In this document: positions 57,217 to 64,000 of the stretch, in pieces
Layout: each line of letters begins with the position of its first letter
Numbering within the stretch: position 1 is the first letter of the stretch
From: an uncultured Rivularia sp.
Lineage (GTDB): Bacteria; Cyanobacteriota; Cyanobacteriia; Cyanobacteriales; Nostocaceae
DNA: 64,000 bases
Assembly: GCA_963665115.1 (NCBI GenBank)
Contig: OY762007.1
Coordinates: 256,001-320,000, forward strand
Direction of reading: 5' to 3'
The notes under the pieces: model-generated
Seen by the model: only the letters and a program-made list of their open reading frames with translations
Told to the model about the DNA's origin: nothing
Databases searched by the model: none
Translations under genes and position numbers: made by a program

Positions 57217-57483
57217 GTTTTTATACAGGTAAGTCAAAATATCTAAAATTAATATTAGTTAGACCAGCATCAAATTTTAAGTAGATATAATTTAGGCACC
57301 CTTGTATCTCGCTGTATACATATATCTTTCTTTGTAAGCGATTTTACGTAAACGCGATTATTATTTTATATCTTTTTCAAATATTATGATTGCCGAAAGC
57401 GGTATTGACTTTTCTGTACGAAGATGTATGACGATGGCACTTACACAATCGCAGCAATAAAATGAGCATCCCAATTGTTGAGA

Positions 57484-57715
57484 TCCCCCCAACCCACGCC
57501 ACTTCCTACAACGGAGCGCCATTTGCTACAACCGAGGGAACCTCGGCAACGCAATGGCTTGGGAACCTCCGCAACGGAGTGGCTCCCCTTAAAAAAGGGG
57601 GGCTTTTCGTTAGCCTACGCAGGGGGGCTTTTCGTTAGCCTACGCAGGGGGGTTTTTCGTTAGCCCACGCAGGTGGGCTTTGTTTGTGTAGCCCCACTCT
57701 TATAGAGTGAGGGCG
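57484..57715. repeat. Mosaic of nested small dispersed repeats plus a 3 x 25-bp tandem repeat
   Basis: CGCCA(C/T)TT(G/C)CTACAA...GTGGCT/ATGGCT element nested in another copy; GGGGGGCTTTTCGTTAGCCTACGCA x3. Confidence 0.7.
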
Positions 57716-57791
57716 TTATTGATAACTGCTCACAGCGAATTAATTTTTTCGTCACAATATAAAGATGTATTGAAAACGCGAATTAATAATC

Positions 57792-59172
57792 ATGACATCT
57801 ACTCACAATCTGCCACCAACGGTTAAAATGCCTAAATTCATCAGACGGATGAAGTTTGTTTTTCAACCTTTTGAATACCTTGAGCAAAACGCTCAAACTT
57901 ACGGTGATACTTTTAGTCTTCCGCAAAAGGATGGTACTAGTACGGTTTATTTTGGTCAACCCGAAGCGTTGCAACAGATTTTTACGGCTGATTCTAATTC
58001 TCTTGAAAGTGGTAGGGGAAGCCGGATTTTGAAGTTTATGGTTGGGGATAATTCTGTGTTGCTATTACAGGGCGATCGCCACCAGCGTCAGCGTAAGTTA
58101 TTGTCTCCTCCTTTTCATGGGGATAGGATGCGGGCTTATGGAATGACTATGTGCGAAATTGCTCGGCAGGTAAGCGATGAATGGGAGACGGGGAAACCTT
58201 TCAGTATCCGGGAGTCGATGCAGGAAATTACTTTGAGCATAATTTTACGAGCAGTTTTTGGTTTGGATGAAGGAAATCGCTTGGAGAAAATTCGTCTAAA
58301 AATTTCTTCGCTATTGGATTTTTTGAGTTCTCCTTTGTTGTCTGCTGGTATGTTTTTCCCGGTTTTACAAAAGGATTGGGGTAATTGGAGTCCTTGGGGT
58401 AGGGTTTTATACTTACGCAAGCAAATTGATGATTTAATTTATGCTTTAATTGATGAACGTCGCGCTGAATCCAATCAAAATCGTGAAGATATTTTAAGTT
58501 TAATGATGTCTGCACGCTATGAAGATGGTGGAGCAATGTCAAACGAAGAATTACGTGATGAATTAATGACACTGCTATTTGCAGGACATGAAACAACTGC
58601 TTCTGCTTTGACTTGGGCTTTTTACTGGGTTGATTATTTACCAGAAGTACGGGAAAAATTATTCAAGGAATTAAATGATTTAGGCGAAAATCCAGAACCC
58701 AACGCGGTTGCTAAATTGCCTTATTTAACAGCAGTTTGTCAAGAAACTTTGCGTATTTATCCTATTGTTCCGAGTGCTACTCCTAGAATTGCATCATCTC
58801 CGATTGAAATTGGTGGCTATCAATTACCAGAAGGTACGTGGATAATTCCCAGTATTTATTTAGCACACTACCGCGAAGAAGTTTTTCCAGAAACCAAAGC
58901 AGTTTAAACCAGAAAGATTTTTAGAAAGACAGTTTAGTTCCTATGAATTTTTCCCCTTCGGTGGTGGGAATCGTCGCTGTATCGGATTAGCTTTTGCTAT
59001 GTATGAAATGAAGCTAGTTCTAGCAACAATTTTATCGCAATACGAAGTATCAAGAACAGATAAGCGTCCGTTAACACCCGTGCGTCGGGGCTTAACTTTA
59101 GCCACACCGGGAGGAATGAAGATGGTTGCAAAACCCATTAAGAAAGTTGCGAATAAACCTGTAGCGGTGTAG
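57792..59172 (+). CDS. Cytochrome P450 (CYP110-like); +1 frameshift near 58895
   Basis: AGHETTA, ETLR; in the shifted frame FKPERF and FGGGNRRCIG. Confidence 0.92.
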
Positions 59173-59197
59173 AGATGTAGCATTTCTACGTCTATTC

Positions 59198-59266
59198 TTG
59201 TAGGGTATGTTACGGCTTTGAATAATTTTATTTAAGCTTATAAATTAAATATTGCCGTAACGTACC
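59198..59266. repeat. 69-bp GTAG hairpin, left copy of a direct repeat flanking the TA module
   Basis: Matches 60063-60131 at 68/69 nt. Confidence 0.85.
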
Positions 59267-59332
59267 TTAGTTGATAAAGGTATGATTAAAACAATCCCTA
59301 GAATTATTATTGATTAGTTGCCGGAGATAGAC

Positions 59333-59623
59333 ATGGAAACGATAAAATTAAAAGGGCATATTGGGACAGACGGTATATTACAAATTCAAACATCCACCAA
59401 TTTAAAAGATACTTCTGTTGAGGTTGTGATGGTTGTACAGCCATTATCTAATGCAAAAGCTGCACTATCTGAAGAAGACGAAGCACGCTATAATGCTTGG
59501 GGTAAGCCTACAACCAGAAAATCAATAAGGAATGCAATTACTAGAATGCAACAGTTGCGGCAGAAAGTTGCTTTAGATAAAGCCTCAATCCGTTCCATGA
59601 TAGAAGAGGGACGAAGATTTTAA
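59333..59623 (+). CDS. Putative antitoxin
   Basis: Small ORF ending IRSMIEEGRRF, overlapping the PIN toxin start (TAATG). Confidence 0.7.
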   Translation: METIKLKGHIGTDGILQIQTSTNLKDTSVEVVMVVQPLSNAKAALSEEDEARYNAWGKPTTRKSIRNAITRMQQLRQKVALDKASIRSMIEEGRRF

Positions 59624-60033
59624 TGCAGTTTGTTTTAGATTGTTCTGTCGCAATCAGTTGGTGTTTGGTGGATGAAAATAATGATTACGCTAATAGCATA
59701 CTGGCAATGATGCCCGATTGTGAAGCATTTGTACCTGCAATTTGGTCGTTAGAAATTGCGAATGTTTTGTTAGTGGCTGAACGACGTAACCGCATGACAA
59801 CTGAACAATCAGAAGAAGCTATTACCTTGCTACAGTCGTTGTTAATTCAAGTTGATACGGTTACAGAGGCAAAAGCATTAAGTACAACATTTAGATTAGG
59901 ACGACAGGAAGCTTTAGCATCTTATGATGCAGCTTATTTAGAATTGGCGCTGCGACTAGGAATACCACTAGCTACAACTGATACGAGGTTAGCAGAAGCG
60001 GCTACCAGATGTAGTGTGAATTTGGTTATTTAA
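59623..60033 (+). CDS. vapC: VapC-family PIN toxin
   Basis: FVLDCSVAISW...W.LEIANVL...SYDAAYLELA...LATTD. Confidence 0.9.
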   Translation: MQFVLDCSVAISWCLVDENNDYANSILAMMPDCEAFVPAIWSLEIANVLLVAERRNRMTTEQSEEAITLLQSLLIQVDTVTEAKALSTTFRLGRQEALASYDAAYLELALRLGIPLATTDTRLAEAATRCSVNLVI

Positions 60034-60062
60034 AACGGAAAAAGAGCGAATTAAAAAATTTT

Positions 60063-60131
60063 TTGTAGGGTATGTTACGGCTTTGAATAATTTTATTTAA
60101 GCTTATAAATTAAATATTGCCGTAACGCACC
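60063..60131. repeat. 69-bp GTAG hairpin, right copy
   Basis: Matches 59198-59266. Confidence 0.85.
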
Positions 60132-60137
60132 ATTGTT

Positions 60138-60485
60138 TTATCTTTCAGCGATACCGTTAACAATTAATGTTTCTCTATACAGCCAAGCTTCCCTGGCTGT
60201 TTTAAAACCACTCATCCACTTATCTTCTTGATTATCTTTAGTTTTATATCCCATTTTCCAAGTGTCGTTTTTAAAACAATAAAATATTTTATACAGCATC
60301 ACTGGTTGAGCAAAATCATTTCCATAATCGTGCCCGTATTCTATCTTTGTACCGTCTTCTCGAATACCATAAAAACGGCGTTTGTCTTTGTTTACATGGA
60401 CTTCAACTACATCGCCTAAATGCTTGGAGTGTAAAGTAATAACTCCATTTTTGATAGTATGAAATTTCTGATTATGGGTAGCCAT
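60138..60485 (-). CDS. Hypothetical protein
   Basis: 115-aa ATG ORF; no family recognised. Confidence 0.55.
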   Translation of the reverse strand: MATHNQKFHTIKNGVITLHSKHLGDVVEVHVNKDKRRFYGIREDGTKIEYGHDYGNDFAQPVMLYKIFYCFKNDTWKMGYKTKDNQEDKWMSGFKTAREAWLYRETLIVNGIAER

Positions 60486-60780
60486 TGATATATGAATGTC
60501 AAAATTAGAACTTTATAGTACTAGTATATTCTTCAAATTCTTTACCATCAATAGCTATATCCTAAAATCCAAAATTTAAAATCGTGGTGCGTTTCGCTAT
60601 ACCTAATGCCATCCTACAGAAATCCAAAATCCGTTGTTAGACAGATGCTAATACACCGCTTTAACTACTTAAACCCACCCCCGTCGTCTCCCTCCGTTGA
60701 GGGGAGTGGTGTTAGCGCAGCGAGGCGTAGCCAGAGGGCACAGAGGTAAGAGCCGTTCAAGGAGTCAATTTTAAAACCAA

Positions 60781-61507
60781 TCACTTCCGAACCAGAAAAG
60801 CAAAGTTATCTTGTAAACTAGTAAGTTCATCAGTAGATGCTTGTAACTGACTAACTTGCCGATCGTCTGTTAGATCGGCAGTACGCAATTTATTTTGGAT
60901 TTGTTGCAATACCCCAGCAGAATCTTGAATTAAAGTATAAAGACTGGTAATTTGTGCGGTGCGGGCGTTTTGTCCTTCTTCTGCTAATTGAATATTGCGT
61001 TGCAAACTGTTGCTAAGTTGGTCTAAATGTTGACTTGCAATACCTGAAGCAGAAGAACGTTTTGTTTCTACTTCTTGTAATTGCTGTTGTAAATCGTTAA
61101 CTGACAATAAAGAATTAGCACCGTGAATTCTTCTACCTAATTCGTCAATTTTAACTGGTAGTTCAATTGCTCTTTGACAAGCTTCTTGCACTGCTACCAA
61201 TAAATCCATTTCAAAGGAACCGCGACTCAATAATTGATTGGCTTCCTGACTTAACGTCTGTGCTTTTTCTGCTAAAGTTTTTGCCGAAGTTTGCAGCATT
61301 TCTAATTCTCTTTGTATCTGCTGCTGAGCAATTTTTTGAGCATCAGGTTTCTCTCGATTTCATCGCAGCAGCACCACCTGTAGCGACTGCGGCGGCTGCT
61401 GGTAAAGCAATAAAATTAGGTAATCCAACAAACCGAACACCAGCGATAAGAATAACGCCACCGGCAAGTACGGCAATTGGGTAATAAAGAGGGTTTGCTA
61501 GTTTCAT
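60781..61507 (-). CDS. Membrane-anchored coiled-coil protein; frameshift near 61358
   Basis: MKLANPLYYPIAVLAGGV... two TM segments joining the coiled-coil ORF 60781-61299. Confidence 0.65.
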
Positions 61508-61539
61508 GATTAAATTTGGGGATTGGGCAAAGTAGATAA

Positions 61540-61870
61540 TTAATTCTTAACTCCTAACTCATTGATAATTGATAATTGTTCATTGATAACTGATTTAAAG
61601 AGTACTTCGGGGTTGAATTCTCCTTCGTTTCTGTAACCTACTGTGAAAAAGGCTATACGTTTATCGCTGCTAAAGTTACTTTTTTCCAATTCTTGACGCA
61701 GTTGCTTTAAATTAATTTTGGATTCAGAATCATCACCATCTGTGAGTATAACTACAGCGTTAATGGCATTTTTTTTCAATCAGTTACGCGCTTGTAGCGC
61801 GGAATCGTACAGCCGGGTACCGCCATCAGCCTCTAAGCTACCGATAAATTGTATTCCGTTTGCTTTTAGT
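61540..61870 (-). pseudogene. Truncated vWA-domain gene remnant
   Basis: ADGGTRLYDSAL...(TGA)...AVVILTDGDDSES...IAFFTVGY; 5' part missing, in-frame stop. Confidence 0.7.
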
Positions 61871-62513
61871 AATAGACTTCCCTCAAATGTAATAAAAATG
61901 AACAATTTTAGAAAAATACGTAATACGAGTTCTTCAAGTTGTTGTTAAAAATTGCATATTTATTGCTCTAACGCGGAGGGATAGGATAAAACAGTTTTTA
62001 AGTATTCCGTATAATACTTAATCAGTCTGTCACTGCAAATTTATGAAAAAAGTCCGTTTACAAAAAGGCTAATTTTTAGCTATTCAGCAGATTTACCCTT
62101 TTTTTTAACAACACTTAATTTTTGTGGAAAAAGTATTCAGTTTGCAAATCTAAGGGAATAGGAAGTAGGGAATAAAAAATAGTATTTCCTCATCTGATGT
62201 GCAGCTAAGTTAAATAACACAGAAGCGCCAGATTATTGTAGTGCGTTAGCGAAGCGTGTCTGAAAGACAAGCATCTTGCTCGCTTGCGATATACAAATTA
62301 AATGCGTAACAGCTTATTAATCTCAATTCATACAACTTCTTTTCTTTTTCTAATAAGCTCGGCTATAACCAATTTTAATATTTTACTTTAATAAAAGTAA
62401 AAATAAATACTTAACTTTTCGTAAAAACACTTGGAATGTCCTGATAACTAAATGGAGGAAGAATTTTGAAAATAAATCCTCCTGCTATATATAGTTTACA
62501 AATAATTAGAAAA

Positions 62514-63026
62514 ATGAAAACGATCGCATTCTGGGATAAGTTAAATAACCTAAGCCTAGAGAGGGTTGCATATAAACTTATGTCCTCTAGAGGATGGACT
62601 CCTGAAAAAACACAAGTGGCAATTAGTCGCTACAAATTATTCTTATATCTTAAATCGGTTTACCCTGCTACGGGATTAGTCCCTACCTCAGAAATTGATG
62701 CAGTTTGGCACGCTCATATTGAGGTGAATTTACTTCACTATATTCATGACACAAATTATTTGTTTGGTTATACTTTGAATCATCTTTCCGCTGTAAATGA
62801 AACTGAAGAAATGCGTCGAATTTACGGACAAGCTTCAAGTGAAACTACAGCTTTATTTGAACAGATATTCGGAGCAGGAGTTTTAGAAAATACATCTTTT
62901 CAGACTGCTGCTTGTGCGGATATTCCCATAGATACTAGTCCTGCTGCTTGTGCCGATTTACCGATTGTTCCCAATGCTTATAGACAATTATCAATTATCA
63001 ATGAACCAATGATAACTGTTAATTGA
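62514..63026 (+). CDS. GRDP/DUF1399-like protein with duplicated Cys-containing C-terminal motif
   Basis: GWT...AISRYKLFLYL...LVPTSEIDAVWHAHI; tail AACADIPI...AACADLPI. Confidence 0.7.
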   Translation: MKTIAFWDKLNNLSLERVAYKLMSSRGWTPEKTQVAISRYKLFLYLKSVYPATGLVPTSEIDAVWHAHIEVNLLHYIHDTNYLFGYTLNHLSAVNETEEMRRIYGQASSETTALFEQIFGAGVLENTSFQTAACADIPIDTSPAACADLPIVPNAYRQLSIINEPMITVN

Positions 63027-63034
63027 TAACTGAT

Positions 63035-64000
63035 TTAATTTGCCAGTAAAGCATACATTTCTTGGGCTTCTGCACTCATTTTTAAACTATCAAAGCTTTC
63101 CGCTGCTTCTTTTGCTAAACGGTGGGCAAGAAAACCATTTCCACAAGCCTTTTCAAGTTTAGCGAATGTTGCTTTATGGAAAGCAATAATCCGCTTATCT
63201 TTGTGCCTTTGTGCCATTGGTAAGCTAAATTCTAACAGTTTTCGGCAAGCGGATAAATCACCGTTTAACATCGCTATATCTGCCAACCAATTGTTAATAG
63301 CTGCGGTTGCTTTTTGCCATCCTATTTGCTGTGCTTCGATCGATGCTTGCTCAAAAGTTATTTGTGCTTGCTGATAATGCCCTTCCCGATAAAATATCTG
63401 TCCTTGGTAATATAAATTCTGAACTTGCTGTTCCTGATATGCTGCTTTTTCAAGGTTGGCTTGTTCCAAAAGCTGTTGCTTTAATGTCAACCATTCTTGT
63501 GCTTGCTGCAACTGTGAAAGATGAACATGCAAGATTACCATGTTTGCAGCTAACTCTAACTGAAAACTCAACGTTTGATGCTGCCGTAAATCCCATGCTT
63601 CTTGCAATAACACTTGTGCTTCTTGCAACTGATCGACAGAGCGCATTCTCACCAAAGTCCAAGCGCGATCGCACATTGCTTCTAATGCTGTAACCCAATC
63701 GCCAGCTTGCTTTGCTGATTCAATTAACCAGGCACTCCATGCTAAACGTTCATCCCAATATCCACGGATATGAACGTAACCTTTTATCCGCGACCACAAA
63801 GTTTTTACGTCAGAATATCTATTTTCAGAAATACACCATTCTAATACTGCTTGCAGATTTTCCCATTCAACTTCTAAATATTCATAGCTCAAATGCCATT
63901 CTTTCCAATCTTCATTTTCAAATGATTCGGAAAATTTAAGATACCAATTAACCCAGCGCTGGCGTAATTCTTGCGCGAATTGTGGATTTGTATATAATTC
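63035..64000 (-). CDS. C-terminal TPR region of a probable NB-ARC/STAND ATPase; runs off window end
   Basis: Frame open to 64000; LRQRWVNWY...EWENLQAVLEWC...RGYWDERL followed by TPR-like helices; ATPase domain itself not in window. Confidence 0.65.
   Translation of the reverse strand, partial: ELYTNPQFAQELRQRWVNWYLKFSESFENEDWKEWHLSYEYLEVEWENLQAVLEWCISENRYSDVKTLWSRIKGYVHIRGYWDERLAWSAWLIESAKQAGDWVTALEAMCDRAWTLVRMRSVDQLQEAQVLLQEAWDLRQHQTLSFQLELAANMVILHVHLSQLQQAQEWLTLKQQLLEQANLEKAAYQEQQVQNLYYQGQIFYREGHYQQAQITFEQASIEAQQIGWQKATAAINNWLADIAMLNGDLSACRKLLEFSLPMAQRHKDKRIIAFHKATFAKLEKACGNGFLAHRLAKEAAESFDSLKMSAEAQEMYALLAN

Noticed and set aside
59198..60131. Integron cassette with attC sites
   Set aside because: Hairpin reads GTT...AAC rather than RYYYAAC...GTTRRRY, starts with a REP-type GTAG, and no IntI is present

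Overview
Chromosomal window of a heterocyst-forming cyanobacterium (frequent HIP1 GCGATCGC octamers, sepJ-hetR, heptamer tandem repeats). Housekeeping anchors are the 3' end of ATP synthase gamma, tmRNA, rnd, sepJ-hetR and rpsD. The most striking region is ~3.7-24.2 kb. There an STM4011-STM4015-type cluster (two radical SAMs, a sulfatase-fold hydrolase, an ATP-grasp ligase, LRR-like proteins) runs on the same strand into DUF2997, an HTH-GrpE-like fusion and an atypical Hsp70, and converges on a Ycf46 AAA ATPase plus two DUF1257 genes. Six genes there share one ~90-100 aa N-terminal module fused to divergent LRR-like or WD40 domains, and three carry a SigJ-type GGGAATACT-like box at the same distance from the start. 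Also present: a double-nuclease-domain ORF right behind tmRNA, a four-helix-bundle gene bracketed by inverted 9-mer arrays, a tnpA-less IS607-like TnpB element, two VapBC modules, tandem TPR-CHAT proteases, a P450, a putative stress-gene island with a recurring palindrome, and many REP/MITE-type elements, some inside genes. About ten single-base frameshifts look like assembly errors. Family assignments are from motif recognition only; no searches were run.
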